From a bacterium (GTDB lineage Bacteria; Myxococcota_A; UBA9042), in the NCBI GenBank assembly GCA_030425545.1, contig JAUIAC010000002.1, positions 2,778 through 66,777 of the forward strand: a stretch of 64,000 bases of DNA. Reading direction: 5' to 3'. The notes beneath the pieces were generated by a model. It saw nothing but the letters and a program-made list of their open reading frames with translations, searched no databases and was not told the DNA's origin. This document shows positions 40,198 through 49,825 of the stretch, piece after piece (position 1 is the first letter of the stretch; the number at the start of each line of letters is the position of its first letter). The position numbers and the translations under genes were made by a program.

Positions 40198-40956
40198 ATG
40201 TGCGGCCGCTACACGCTGAAAGCCAGCGCCCAGGAGCTCATCGAGGCCTTTGAGCTGGCCCACGACGACGGGCTCGACCTGGCCCCGGACCCCGCCAGCG
40301 AGCGACCGCCGGTCCCCCTGGGCGCACCGCCGCTGACCTGGTCGCCCCGCTTCAACATCGCGCCGACCCAGTCGCTGCCGATCATCGCGAACGTGCCGGG
40401 GCCACGGCTGATCCGCTTCGCCCGGTGGGGGCTCGTGCCCTCGTGGGCCAAGGATCCCAAGATCGGCAGCCGAATGATCAACGCCCGCAGTGAGACGGTG
40501 GCCGACAAGCCGAGCTTCCGCAGCCCCTTTCGCCGTCAGCGCTGCCTGGTGCCGGCGGACGGCTTCTACGAGTGGCAGCGGGTCGGCAAGGCCAAGCGCC
40601 CCATGCACATCGGCCTCGACGGCGGCGGGCTCTTCGCCATGGCGGGGCTGTGGGAGCGGTGGCTGCCGCGGGACGCCCCGGGTGACGCCGCGCCAGAGCC
40701 GCTGCACACGTTCACGGTGCTGACCACCACGCCCAACCCGCTCCTGGCGCCGATCCACGACCGCATGCCCGTGATCCTGCCGCGCGACGCGTGGGACCTG
40801 TGGCTCTCGCCCGACGATCCGGGCCGCTCAGCGCTGCAGCCGCTCCTGACGCCCTACCCCGCGGAGGCCATGGCGACCTTCGAGGTGGACACCCTGGTCA
40901 ACTCCGCCCGCAACGATGTGCCTGCCTGCGCGGCGCCCGTGTCGCGACTGCTCTAG
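40198..40956 (+). CDS. yedK: SOS-response-associated peptidase (SRAP/YedK, HMCES-like abasic-site processing protein).
   Basis: N-terminal MCGRY with catalytic Cys2. The motif FYEWQ and HDRMPVIL are SRAP hallmarks. The protein is 252 aa. Confidence 0.9.
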   Translation: MCGRYTLKASAQELIEAFELAHDDGLDLAPDPASERPPVPLGAPPLTWSPRFNIAPTQSLPIIANVPGPRLIRFARWGLVPSWAKDPKIGSRMINARSETVADKPSFRSPFRRQRCLVPADGFYEWQRVGKAKRPMHIGLDGGGLFAMAGLWERWLPRDAPGDAAPEPLHTFTVLTTTPNPLLAPIHDRMPVILPRDAWDLWLSPDDPGRSALQPLLTPYPAEAMATFEVDTLVNSARNDVPACAAPVSRLL

Positions 40957-41076
40957 CACTCTGCGTCGCGACTGCTCTAGCACTCTGCGTCGCGACTGCT
41001 CTAGCACTCTGCGTCGCGACTGCTCTAGCACTCTGCGTCGCGCCTGCTCCAGCACTCTGCGTCGCGCCTGCTCTGA
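40939..41076. repeat. Tandem repeat of 24 bp, about six copies (cactctgcgtcgcgactgctctag), starting inside the last codons of the SRAP gene.
   Basis: Read from the sequence. Each unit ends in ctctag, so every copy carries an in-frame TAG in the SRAP frame. Each unit encodes HSASRLL* in that frame. Confidence 0.85.
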
Positions 41077-41157
41077 GCGACCGCGTCACGGCCGTCTTCG
41101 CTCGACCACGGAAGACGACGAGACCTCCCCGAGCGCACCCGAACGAGCCACCGCAGG

Positions 41158-41186
41158 TTGACCCTCCCGGGGTCAGTGGGTATCTG
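41158..41186 (+). promoter_or_regulatory. Sigma70-like promoter candidate (TTGACC, 17 nt spacer, TATCTG) with an overlapping inverted repeat tgaccc..gggtca.
   Basis: Read from the sequence. It lies about 30 nt upstream of the ATG at 41218. Confidence 0.3.
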
Positions 41187-41217
41187 GACCTGCGTGTCCC
41201 CACGCTGAGGTCTGACG

Positions 41218-41706
41218 ATGATTCGCTCGCTCCCGCCCCTGCACTCCCCAACGCCTGCGCCTCACACGCAGCCGAGCCACGGCGCCGCGCCGCGCCGACG
41301 CCGGCTTGTCGGGGTGCTCCCCGCTGCGCTGCTGCTGGCTGCGCTGGTCTCCGGCTGCGGCGTGCAGCCCGCGGAGGTCGCCAAGCTCGAGGCCCGCATC
41401 GCCGAGCTCGAGAAGCAGGCCAAGGCGCCGCGGGTCGAGCGCATCGTCATCGTCGACAAGGACGGCAAAGAGCGCGCGATGTTCGGGCTCCGTGAGCAGG
41501 ACCAGACGCCGGCCGTGCGCTTCAAGGACACCGAGGGCAAGAACCGCGCGCTCCTGCGCCTGCACCCGACCGGCATGCCGATCTTCGTGATGTGGGGCAA
41601 GGGCGGCAAGGGCACGGCCTACCTCTCGGTGCCCGGCGAGGGGCCCCCGTCGATGATGTTCTTCGACGGCAAGGGCGAGCAAGTCCACAAGGTCCCGGGG
41701 CGCTGA
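41218..41706 (+). CDS. Small hypothetical lipoprotein, 162 aa.
   Basis: Lipobox in RRRRLVGVLPAALLLAALVSGC. Coiled-coil-like stretch AKLEARIAELEKQAK. No recognised domain. Confidence 0.55.
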   Translation: MIRSLPPLHSPTPAPHTQPSHGAAPRRRRLVGVLPAALLLAALVSGCGVQPAEVAKLEARIAELEKQAKAPRVERIVIVDKDGKERAMFGLREQDQTPAVRFKDTEGKNRALLRLHPTGMPIFVMWGKGGKGTAYLSVPGEGPPSMMFFDGKGEQVHKVPGR

Positions 41707-41796
41707 TCTCCGGGTGTCCACGCATGTCGAGCGGTGTGCCGCGCGGTGCGTCCTGCGGCGTCCGCTGCATGACCGGAGTGCGCTCAGCCCCGCGGC

Positions 41797-42879
41797 TCAG
41801 CTGTGGGCGCTCACTTGGCCGCTCGCCTCACGACTCGCCTTCAGCGCCTCCGCGCTGGCGCGCCGGGCCGCGCGGCCCTCGCTGACGCTGGGCTCGAGCT
41901 CGATGAAGGCCGCGCGCGGGTAGTTGAACGAGATCTCGCTCTCGATGGCGTCGACCTCCCGAGCCATCAGCCGAGCGACGTGCTCGGTGTAGATCGCTAG
42001 CAGCTTCGACACGGCCTCCGGCCGGTTGGCCTGCTCGAACACGGCCCCGTACATCTCCTCGAGCTGCCCGGCGAACCACGCGCCGTCGAAGTCGACCTCC
42101 GCCTTGTAGGCAAAGGCCGACGGCCCCACCCAGCGGCTCTGAACACGGTGCACCGCCTCGATGGAGGGGCGGGCCGCCAGGATCTGCCGAATCCCCTCGT
42201 CGATCTCCGGGTCCACTGCGCTGCCGAGCAGAAAGCGCTGGTTCATGCGCACCAGGGTCACGGCCACAAAGCCGAGCAGCAGACCGATGACGATGCTCGC
42301 GAGCGCGTCCCAGAGCGGGTCTTTGGTCGTCCACGTCAGGAGGATGCCGACGATGGCGATGAGCACGCCGGCGCAGGCGACGAAGTCCTCCAGCAGCACC
42401 GCGAGCAACATCGGATCTTTGATCCGCCCGACATAGGTGCGCCACGCCATGCCCTCGGGGCGCTCCTCGCGCAGCTGCTGCACGGCGCCGAAGAGCACCC
42501 AGCCGTCGAGCAGGAACGAGAAGGCGAGCACCGACCAGGTCAGCCAACCCACCTCGACGTGGTCCGGTGGGTGAACCAGCGACTGGACTCCGTGGGCGAC
42601 CGTGACGCCGCAGCCGAGGAAGAAGATGCCGAGCGCCGACACCAGCGCCCAGAAGAAGGAGGCCTGGCCGTAGCCGTAGGGATGACGGGTGTCGGGGCCG
42701 CGCTTGGCCTGGCGCAGCCCGAGCAGCAGCAGGCCCTGGTTGCCGACGTCGGCCAGGGTGTGGATCGCCTCGCTCAGCATGGCCCCCGAGCCGGAGACGG
42801 CGAAGGCCGAGAACTTCAGCACGGCGACGGTGCTGTTGCCGATGAGGGCGCGGACGACGGTCTGTTCTGAACCTGCCAT
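41797..42879 (-). CDS. Cation diffusion facilitator (CDF) family divalent-metal efflux transporter.
   Basis: Six transmembrane helices and a C-terminal cytoplasmic domain. Motifs SEAIHTLADV and HVEVGWLTWSVLAFSFLLDGWV match the CDF family. Confidence 0.88.
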   Translation of the reverse strand: MAGSEQTVVRALIGNSTVAVLKFSAFAVSGSGAMLSEAIHTLADVGNQGLLLLGLRQAKRGPDTRHPYGYGQASFFWALVSALGIFFLGCGVTVAHGVQSLVHPPDHVEVGWLTWSVLAFSFLLDGWVLFGAVQQLREERPEGMAWRTYVGRIKDPMLLAVLLEDFVACAGVLIAIVGILLTWTTKDPLWDALASIVIGLLLGFVAVTLVRMNQRFLLGSAVDPEIDEGIRQILAARPSIEAVHRVQSRWVGPSAFAYKAEVDFDGAWFAGQLEEMYGAVFEQANRPEAVSKLLAIYTEHVARLMAREVDAIESEISFNYPRAAFIELEPSVSEGRAARRASAEALKASREASGQVSAHS

Positions 42880-43013
42880 GGGACACTCCGGAGGGCCTCT
42901 GCCTCTGTCGCGGGCGTGAGCACGCCGGCGCAGTCTGCTCGCAGTCCGCGCCGCTTGTCACTTCGGGTAGCATTCGCCAACGCAGGAGGAAGCCGCTGAG
43001 CCCGCGCCGACGC

Positions 43014-44363
43014 ATGACCCTGGACGACCTCTTGCGCGCGGCGCTCGTGGCCCTGGTGCGTGGGCGGCGCTTGGAGGCGATCGAGCTGCTGCTGCTGCTG
43101 GCGGCGCTGCCGACGCTGGTGACCGGGCTGGGCCTGCGGGGTGTCGGGGCGCTGGCGCTGGCGGAGGCCGTGGTGGCGCTGGTGCTCCACGTAGCGCCCC
43201 GTCGCACGCGAGCCGGCGTCGTGACCGGCATCGGCGCGGTGCTCGCCGTCGCCGTCGCGCTGCCCACCGGCACCGACGGGGCAGCCCTGGCTGGGCTGCT
43301 GGTCGCCACGGCGCGCTCCGGCCCGGCCTGGGCGTTGCGCCGCCTGCTGGAGACGTCGGCGCGCCCGCTCGGCCCCCTCCCAGGGCAGGAGGTCGGCCTG
43401 CCGGCGGTCGCTCCAAGCCATGGCACCCTGCGGCTCCTCGGCGGCGGGGCGGCGCTCACGCGGTGGGCGCTGGCCTTCGCGCTGGCGGATCGGCCCGAGG
43501 CTGTGGTGGTCATCGCCGCGGGATGGGTGCTGGTCGACGTGGTCGCGGCCTGGGTGGGCTGGGCTCAGGTCCGAGCCACGCGCGGCCCGGCGACGTCCGG
43601 AGAGCAGGACGGCCCCAGCCTCAACGCCGGCGCGCTCTGGCACCTCGACGCGCTGTTGGTGGCGGGGATCGCTGGTGTCGAGGCCATGGCGCCCTGGGCC
43701 TTGGGGGTCTGGATCACCGGCAGGCTGATGGCGCTGAGCGGGATGTTCGAGCGCGCGCTCTCCCCCCTGCCGGTGCCGGGGGTGCCCGACGACCTGGCGC
43801 TGCAGCGCGCCTCGGACGCGGCCGCGTGGCTGGCGCTCACGCTCGCGATGCCGGTGGCCTTCTACGCCGGAGACGCCGCACGACTGCTCCTGGGTGTCGA
43901 CGCCCCCTGGCTGGGGCTCTTCGGGCCCTGTCTGCTGGTGGCGGCCGGCCAGCGGACCGTGGCGCGCGCAGCTCCCCTGGCTGGGCGGGGCCTGGCGGCG
44001 CCACTGGGGCCACGCGAGCTCGCGCTGCGCCTGTCGCTCGGCATGGCGGCGGTCGTGGCCGTGGGCGCGGCTGGCGCCCTGCTGGTGACCCTCGGCTGGG
44101 CCGCCGCGCGGCTCGGTGTGGCGCTGCGGGCGACCGCTCGCGCCCTCCCCGCGCTGCGCGAGGGCCTGAGCGCGCGGCTCACCCGCGGGCTGCTGACAGC
44201 GGCCGCGGTGGCCGCCCTGGCCGCGACCCTGCGCACCCTCGCCCCGCCGCACACCGGGCTGGAGCTGAGCACCCACGTGACCGTGGTGACCCTGCTGTGT
44301 GGGGTCACGGCCTTCGCTGTCCACCACATCGCGGGAGGGCCGGGCGACTCGCCGCTCAGCTGA
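43014..44363 (+). CDS. Hypothetical polytopic membrane protein, Ala/Leu-rich.
   Basis: Multiple hydrophobic helices. GC3 is above 90% in this frame, whereas the competing antisense ORF 42816..44327 is Gln/Arg/Gly-rich junk. No recognised domain. Confidence 0.45.
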   Translation: MTLDDLLRAALVALVRGRRLEAIELLLLLAALPTLVTGLGLRGVGALALAEAVVALVLHVAPRRTRAGVVTGIGAVLAVAVALPTGTDGAALAGLLVATARSGPAWALRRLLETSARPLGPLPGQEVGLPAVAPSHGTLRLLGGGAALTRWALAFALADRPEAVVVIAAGWVLVDVVAAWVGWAQVRATRGPATSGEQDGPSLNAGALWHLDALLVAGIAGVEAMAPWALGVWITGRLMALSGMFERALSPLPVPGVPDDLALQRASDAAAWLALTLAMPVAFYAGDAARLLLGVDAPWLGLFGPCLLVAAGQRTVARAAPLAGRGLAAPLGPRELALRLSLGMAAVVAVGAAGALLVTLGWAAARLGVALRATARALPALREGLSARLTRGLLTAAAVAALAATLRTLAPPHTGLELSTHVTVVTLLCGVTAFAVHHIAGGPGDSPLS

Positions 44364-44381
44364 GCCGCGCTTCCCGCTGGC

Positions 44382-45503
44382 TCAGCGAAGGAGCTCGCGA
44401 CCCGCCCGCCAGTCCGCGAGCGGATCGCTCGCCATCAACCCGCGCTGGCCAAGCTCGCTGAAGGGAGCCACGTCGTCGGCTTCGTCTGCGGTGGAGATCA
44501 TGTGGTGGGTCGCCCAGAAGCGCCGCGCCTCGGGCGCCCGTAGCAGGGTCTGCGTCACGGCGCTGACGTCGGCCGCGCGAGGCGAGGCGTGCGCGACCGC
44601 CAGCACCACGGGCCACAGCAGGTTCAGCCCGCTGTCGGCGCTCTCGGCCACGACCACGCGGGCGCGATCCACCGACCCGGGCACGGCCGCGTAGTCCACC
44701 CACGCCAGCTCCACCGCCCCCTGTTCCAGGGCGTCCAGCGCCGCCGCCTCGGAGCGAAAGGCCTTTGCCTTCTTGCGAAAGCGCGCCAGCCACGCCTTGG
44801 TCTGCGGCACCCCCCAGCGCCGCGCGAGGAGCCCCAGATGTCGCACTGTGCCGGCGCAGGTGGGACACCAGGCGACCGGGCGCGCGTCGGCCTCGATCAG
44901 CTGTCGGAGACCGTCGGATCGCAGCGTGTCCGTGGGGGCCTCAGGTCGGGTGAGGATCACGCGCGGCGCCACGGCGACCACGGCCCAGCGCTCGCTGCGC
45001 GCCCAGGGCGCGATGAGGTCGTCCGTCGTTGGCGCAGCGAAGCGCGCACGTGCGAGCTGCTCCGGGGCAACCAGCAGGTAGGCGTCCACGTCCCGGAGCC
45101 CAGGCTTCATCGCCACCCAGGCGATGTCGACGCCGTCGGCCCCGGCTGCCAAGGCCGCGAGGGGCTCGAGCGACGCGATGGGCAGGTCGGTCGCGACGCG
45201 CAGCTTGGGGGTGTCGGCCGGGGGCGGGGTCCCCTGCTGAGCGGTCGCCTTGGGCAGGGGCTGCGCGGCCGCTGGCGGCTCCGAGGCCGCCGACGCGCCG
45301 GCGTGATCCGACGAGCAGCGGCTGCACCCGGCCAGCGCGACCAGCGCGCCGAGCGTCAGCGTCGCCGCGACGACGAAGGCAGCGGCCCGGGGGAGCAACC
45401 CCGACGACGCGGGCGAGGGCGGGACGCGCAAGGGAGCGGCGCACAAGGTTGGGGCGCGCTTGCGCTCCGGCTGGCTCGCGGACGGCCGACGGTGGGGGCG
45501 CAT
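44382..45503 (-). CDS. Lipoprotein with a periplasmic substrate-binding-protein-like fold.
   Basis: Lipobox in AAAFVVAATLTLGALVALAGCS. The mature part resembles ABC-type solute-binding proteins. The start is ambiguous; in-frame ATGs lie at 45503 and 45539 and the ORF runs to 45704. Confidence 0.55.
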   Translation of the reverse strand: MRPHRRPSASQPERKRAPTLCAAPLRVPPSPASSGLLPRAAAFVVAATLTLGALVALAGCSRCSSDHAGASAASEPPAAAQPLPKATAQQGTPPPADTPKLRVATDLPIASLEPLAALAAGADGVDIAWVAMKPGLRDVDAYLLVAPEQLARARFAAPTTDDLIAPWARSERWAVVAVAPRVILTRPEAPTDTLRSDGLRQLIEADARPVAWCPTCAGTVRHLGLLARRWGVPQTKAWLARFRKKAKAFRSEAAALDALEQGAVELAWVDYAAVPGSVDRARVVVAESADSGLNLLWPVVLAVAHASPRAADVSAVTQTLLRAPEARRFWATHHMISTADEADDVAPFSELGQRGLMASDPLADWRAGRELLR

Positions 45504-45583
45504 GGGGGTCTCCAGTCTCGGGGAACGCCTGGGGCGCATCGGCGCGAGCAATCCACATCCCATCGAGCGGCGCAACCGAGGGC

Positions 45584-46876
45584 TCACGCCGCGGGCGCCG
45601 CCGCGTGGAGCAGGCCCGCCAACGCGGCGCTCGCGTGCTCGGCGGACAGGGTGTCGGCTGAGCGGGCGCGAACGGGACGCCGCCCCTGCTGCCACAGCGC
45701 CCACAGCGCGTCTGCGAGCCCGGCGTCGTCACCGTGAGCGACCGTGTCGCCGGCGCCGACCGCCTGCATCACGGTGCGGAGCTCCGGGTTGTCGCTCACG
45801 GCGACCACCGGACGCGGCGAGGCCACATAGTCGAAGAACTTCGCCGCGAAGCGCTGGCGACCACGCGGCTGAATCAGCAGCAGCAAGGCGTCGGCGGCCT
45901 CCATGACGGCACCGACCTGCCGGTAGGGGACGTGGGGGTGTAGCGACACCATGTCCTGGACACCGAGCCCCTGGGCCATGCGCCACGACGCTTCGGGGAA
46001 GCGCCCCGTCACCACCAGCTGCAGCCCGCCGGGGGGGACGCCCCGCCGCCGCAGCTCGGCGAGCGCGCGCAAGAGCACGTCAGCCTTGATGAAGCGACCG
46101 AAGTTGCCGAGAAAGAGCAGGCTGAAGCGATCGAACGACTGGGGCGCGCCGGCGCTGATCAGCTCGCGGTCGAAGGCGTTGCGGATGCAGTGAAAGCGCG
46201 CCGGGTCCAGGTCGGCGTAATGCGCGCGGTAGTCGTCGCGCGCGGTCTCGGTGTTCAGCACCACCGCCGCGGCCTGTGTCACCACGGCGCGCTCCAGGCG
46301 GTCCACCAGCGCGCGCACGGGGCGGGGGCGACGCGGTCGACGCAGCTCACAGGGCGCCCACGGATCCCGGAAATCGAGGATGAGCGGTAGACCGCGCTCG
46401 CGCGCGACCCGCGCCCCCACCAGACATGCCGCGTAGGGATCGGCGTTGACCACCACGGCCTCGCAGGGGTGCGCGTCCAGGGCCCGACGCGCGGCCCGCA
46501 GGTTGTCCAACATGCGGGGGCCGTGCTCGCCGAGCGGGATCAGCTCGGGGTTGTTGAGCCACGCAGGCAGCCGGCTCGACCAGCCACGCGCCGCAGGTGC
46601 GCTCCGAACCCGGCCGGGCGCGCGCTCCGGCGGCGGCGCATGGTGCAGGCGACGCCACGCCGGCTGCGCTCGCCGGGTCCAGTCCCGCAACACCACGGTC
46701 TCGGGCGGGACCGCGTCGAGCAGGTCGAGGTCCACCTGCGCGCCAGGCCAGAGATCGCAGAGCACGACGGGGCGCCAGCCAGACGCGGGCAGGTGACGCG
46801 CGAACTTCAGCGGACGGAGCGCGCCGACCCGCGACTGAGGCGGAAAGTAGGGCGTGATGTAGAGGAAGGTGCGCAT
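45584..46876 (-). CDS. GT-B-fold glycosyltransferase (GT4-like).
   Basis: Starts MRTFLYITPYFPPQSRVGALRPLKFARHLPASGWRPVVLCD. C-terminal Rossmann-like half present. ORF trimmed to ATG 46876. Confidence 0.65.
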   Translation of the reverse strand: MRTFLYITPYFPPQSRVGALRPLKFARHLPASGWRPVVLCDLWPGAQVDLDLLDAVPPETVVLRDWTRRAQPAWRRLHHAPPPERAPGRVRSAPAARGWSSRLPAWLNNPELIPLGEHGPRMLDNLRAARRALDAHPCEAVVVNADPYAACLVGARVARERGLPLILDFRDPWAPCELRRPRRPRPVRALVDRLERAVVTQAAAVVLNTETARDDYRAHYADLDPARFHCIRNAFDRELISAGAPQSFDRFSLLFLGNFGRFIKADVLLRALAELRRRGVPPGGLQLVVTGRFPEASWRMAQGLGVQDMVSLHPHVPYRQVGAVMEAADALLLLIQPRGRQRFAAKFFDYVASPRPVVAVSDNPELRTVMQAVGAGDTVAHGDDAGLADALWALWQQGRRPVRARSADTLSAEHASAALAGLLHAAAPAA

Positions 46877-46907
46877 GGCGGGTCCTGCGGCGGGGCGCGT
46901 GGCTGGG

Positions 46908-47900
46908 TCAGCCGCCCGCGTGGGCCGCGAAGAGCGCGTCGAGCCAGGGCTCCACCAGCGCCGTGACCAGGGTCCGCCCCCGGTGCTCTCGCAACCAGGA
47001 GACGTCGAGCGAGCGGCCCGTGCGGCGCCGCAACACCGAGTCGTAGAGGTGCACGACCCACGTGTCGGAGCCAAAGGCGACGTCGAGCGGTGGCGGCGGG
47101 GCGCTGCGAAAGAGGTGCCAGCTCATCTCCGGGGGCAGCGGGTAGAACGCGGCCGGCGGGTAGAGCTTGAAGGCGCCGGTCGACCGGTTGTGTGTGACCC
47201 GCTCAAGCAGCTTCGGACCGAGCTGATACATCTGGCGAGCGCGCTGGTCGGGCAGGTGGGCCGCCGTGGTCAAGGCGTCGATCACCACCGGATGGCGGGG
47301 CTCCGCGCCCAGCACGGCGTTGTTGACGGCCAGGTCGAACGCCCGCGACACATGCGGCCACGCCCGCGCCCCCAAGGCGCCGCGGCTGAGCACGTCGCGC
47401 ACGGCCAACAAGACCCCAGCGCGCCCCCACTTCAGCGGCGAGCGGCTGTCGCGCACGGCGGCGGGCAGGCAGATGCGCTCCAGCCCCGCGAAGCCGCGCT
47501 GCCCGAGCAAGGGGGCGAGCGGGCGCAGCGCGATGGCGTCGGTGTCGAGGTAGACGCCGCCCTCTCGCAGCAAGATGCCGAGTCGCAGCAGGTTGGACCG
47601 ACTCGCCGGTGGGGTCAGCGACGCGTAGAGCGCCGAGAGCCGGGCGCCCACGCCGCTGGGCAGGGCGTCCGCCACGGGCCCCGACGCCAGCAGCGCGTGT
47701 GGGTCCAGCGGGCGCAGCTCGACGTCGAAGTCCCGCACCAGGGCCCGCACACTGGGGTCGTCGCGCAGGGCGTCGTCGGTGAAGTGGAGCACGACACGGT
47801 CGAGCGCGCCGCGGTCGCGTACCGCCGCGGCCGAGAGCCAGGCGATGGGCCAGAGCGTCGGCCCAATCCACACCAGATGAGCGACCGAAGGGATCGCCAC
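46908..47900 (-). CDS. Family 32 glycosyltransferase (OCH1/capsule-type, DxD motif).
   Basis: Sequence IPSVAHLVWIGPTLWP...LLREGGVYLDTDAIAL matches the GT32 signature. GTG start at 47900; alternatively TTG at 47909 overlapping the upstream stop as TTGA. Confidence 0.65.
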   Translation of the reverse strand: MAIPSVAHLVWIGPTLWPIAWLSAAAVRDRGALDRVVLHFTDDALRDDPSVRALVRDFDVELRPLDPHALLASGPVADALPSGVGARLSALYASLTPPASRSNLLRLGILLREGGVYLDTDAIALRPLAPLLGQRGFAGLERICLPAAVRDSRSPLKWGRAGVLLAVRDVLSRGALGARAWPHVSRAFDLAVNNAVLGAEPRHPVVIDALTTAAHLPDQRARQMYQLGPKLLERVTHNRSTGAFKLYPPAAFYPLPPEMSWHLFRSAPPPPLDVAFGSDTWVVHLYDSVLRRRTGRSLDVSWLREHRGRTLVTALVEPWLDALFAAHAGG

Positions 47901-47905
47901 CGGGT

Positions 47906-49393
47906 TCAACGGCTCCCCCCGCGCTTGCGGCGCGCCGAGCTGGCGGGCTTGGACGCCTTGCGTGCGGCGGTGCGCCGGGCCGCGCGCGAGGGCGTGGGAT
48001 CGCCTGCGTGGGCGTAGAGCTCGTCCGCCGGGTTGTCGGGCGCGGCGTCGAAGGGCACGTCGGTCTTGGGCGTGTAGCTCGACGGAACGGCGCCCGAAGC
48101 GGCCAGGAAGACGTGCTTCCACACCCAGGGCCAGACGTGGTCGCGCGTCATGCTCCAGGCCATCTTGGCGTCCTTGGCACCGACGCGCTTCGGCGGGTTG
48201 CGCTCCAGGTGCTCGAAGGCCTCGGCGTACGCGTTCTCGTAGGCCCGGTAGACCACCTCGGGGGCCGAGTGCTGGCGCTGCCGCTCCGCTGCCGCCTCTC
48301 CGAAGGTCTCGCGCATGGCGTTGTCGCTCAGCATCCGCAGCACCGCAGCGCCGAAGCGCCCCTGCACGTCGTCGCCCTCCGGGTCCACGAGCAGGCCGTT
48401 GACCTCGTGCTTGACCTGGTGGGAGACCCCCATGCCGTCGGCCAGGCCCACCACCGGCGTGCCCATCCACAGCGACTCACTGACCACCTGGCCAAAGGTC
48501 TCGGTCATCGACATGTACACGAAGGCGTCCGCGTAGCCGTACCACACGGGCAGGTCGCGCTGCGGCTGCTCGCCCACGAAGTGCATGCGGTGGCTGACGC
48601 CCAACTTGCGCGCCTGCTCCTGCAGCTCGAGGTGCACCGGGCCGTCGCCCACCAAGGTCAGCGAGGCGTCGCTGCGCTTGGGCAGCACCTCGCGCGCGAA
48701 CACGTCGATGAGGTCGTTGAGGCTCTTCTCCCCCGCGTGGCGGCAGATGCAGAGCAGGCGCGCGCCCTTGTCGAAGTCGGGGCGGAAGGGATCCTCACCG
48801 AGGGGGCGGTTGAAGTTGCGGACGTCGATGGGCCGCTGAATCACGTGAAGTGGCACGTCGAGCCCGATGTTGCGCCAGTAGTCCACCAGCCCCTGGCACT
48901 GCACGATGAGGCCGTCGCAGGCGTTGAACGCGCCGCCGAAGCTGCGCTCCGTGAAGCCGGTGAGAAACTCCCAAAATGGCGCCAGCACGGGGTTGTAGAG
49001 CAGGTCGTCGTTGATGGCGTGGTGCACGAAGCCCGGCAGGTAGATGGTGTTGGTGTGGACCGCGGGGATGCCGTGCTGCTCCCGCATCATGCCGGCCCAG
49101 TGCATCGACAGGCTGTTCGTGTGGGCGTGGATCACGTCCACCTCGGGCCGCTCGGAGATCACGTTCAGCGGCGCAGGAAAGGGCACGCGTACGCCGTGGT
49201 ACTGCCGAAAGGGCACGCTCGAGAAGAGGATGGAGTCCTCCGGCGGCTGACGCTGCCACGGCGCCGGACGCGGGCCGATGATGGTCACGTCGTGCCCGCG
49301 GTGCTCCATGTTCCGCTTGAACGCCTGGGTGGCCAGGGCGGGACCGTTGGCGAAGTCCACCGCGACGTAGTCTGTCAGCATGCCGATGCGCAT
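47906..49393 (-). CDS. Family 4 glycosyltransferase.
   Basis: N-terminus MRIGMLTDYVAV...VIHAHT. Motif ETFGQVVSESLWMGTPVV is the E-x7-E family-4 motif. Confidence 0.85.
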   Translation of the reverse strand: MRIGMLTDYVAVDFANGPALATQAFKRNMEHRGHDVTIIGPRPAPWQRQPPEDSILFSSVPFRQYHGVRVPFPAPLNVISERPEVDVIHAHTNSLSMHWAGMMREQHGIPAVHTNTIYLPGFVHHAINDDLLYNPVLAPFWEFLTGFTERSFGGAFNACDGLIVQCQGLVDYWRNIGLDVPLHVIQRPIDVRNFNRPLGEDPFRPDFDKGARLLCICRHAGEKSLNDLIDVFAREVLPKRSDASLTLVGDGPVHLELQEQARKLGVSHRMHFVGEQPQRDLPVWYGYADAFVYMSMTETFGQVVSESLWMGTPVVGLADGMGVSHQVKHEVNGLLVDPEGDDVQGRFGAAVLRMLSDNAMRETFGEAAAERQRQHSAPEVVYRAYENAYAEAFEHLERNPPKRVGAKDAKMAWSMTRDHVWPWVWKHVFLAASGAVPSSYTPKTDVPFDAAPDNPADELYAHAGDPTPSRAARRTAARKASKPASSARRKRGGSR

Positions 49394-49825
49394 CGAAGGC
49401 TCCTTGTCGGCAGCGAAGATGCGCTACAGACACGCCCCGGCGTGTAGCAGGGACCGTGCCGGAATGCATGACGAAGCGGCAGCGGCGACGCGGTCGACGG
49501 CGCTTTCGAGGGGCCGGGGACTCAGACCGGCCGCCCCCCCGCCAGCCCTCGCTGGGCAGCTTCACGCGTGGTTCCAGCGCGTTGGGCGGTAATCAGCGGT
49601 CAACCGCGCGTCCTGCCAGATTGAATTTGGACTCGAACGACCGACGCTGTCGTCTTGATCATTCAGCAGGTCGTGCCCAGCGGCCAACGTCACTGAAGTG
49701 GAGCACAGGTGCTCCGGTGGAGCACGCCGCTGGAGCACCCGTACTCCGCACCGGCGAGCGCAGCGCCGCGCCCGGCCCCACCTGTCCCCAGGCCCGAGCT
49801 GAGGTGGTCGGACCCGCAGCGCGGC

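Noticed and set aside
40916-41161. ORFs translating the 24 bp repeat array: CSSTLRRD repeats on the plus strand and RRVLEQS repeats on the minus strand. Similar repeat-derived ORFs lie at 51103..51297 and 60230..61339.
   Set aside because: They are translations of tandem DNA repeats in non-coding frames and are not genes.
49394-49825. Sequence ggactcgaacgaccgacg in the intergenic region resembled the reverse complement of a tRNA T-arm.
   Set aside because: I could not build a consistent T-stem, acceptor stem or CCA context around it by hand. It is probably a chance match; a tRNAscan run would settle it.
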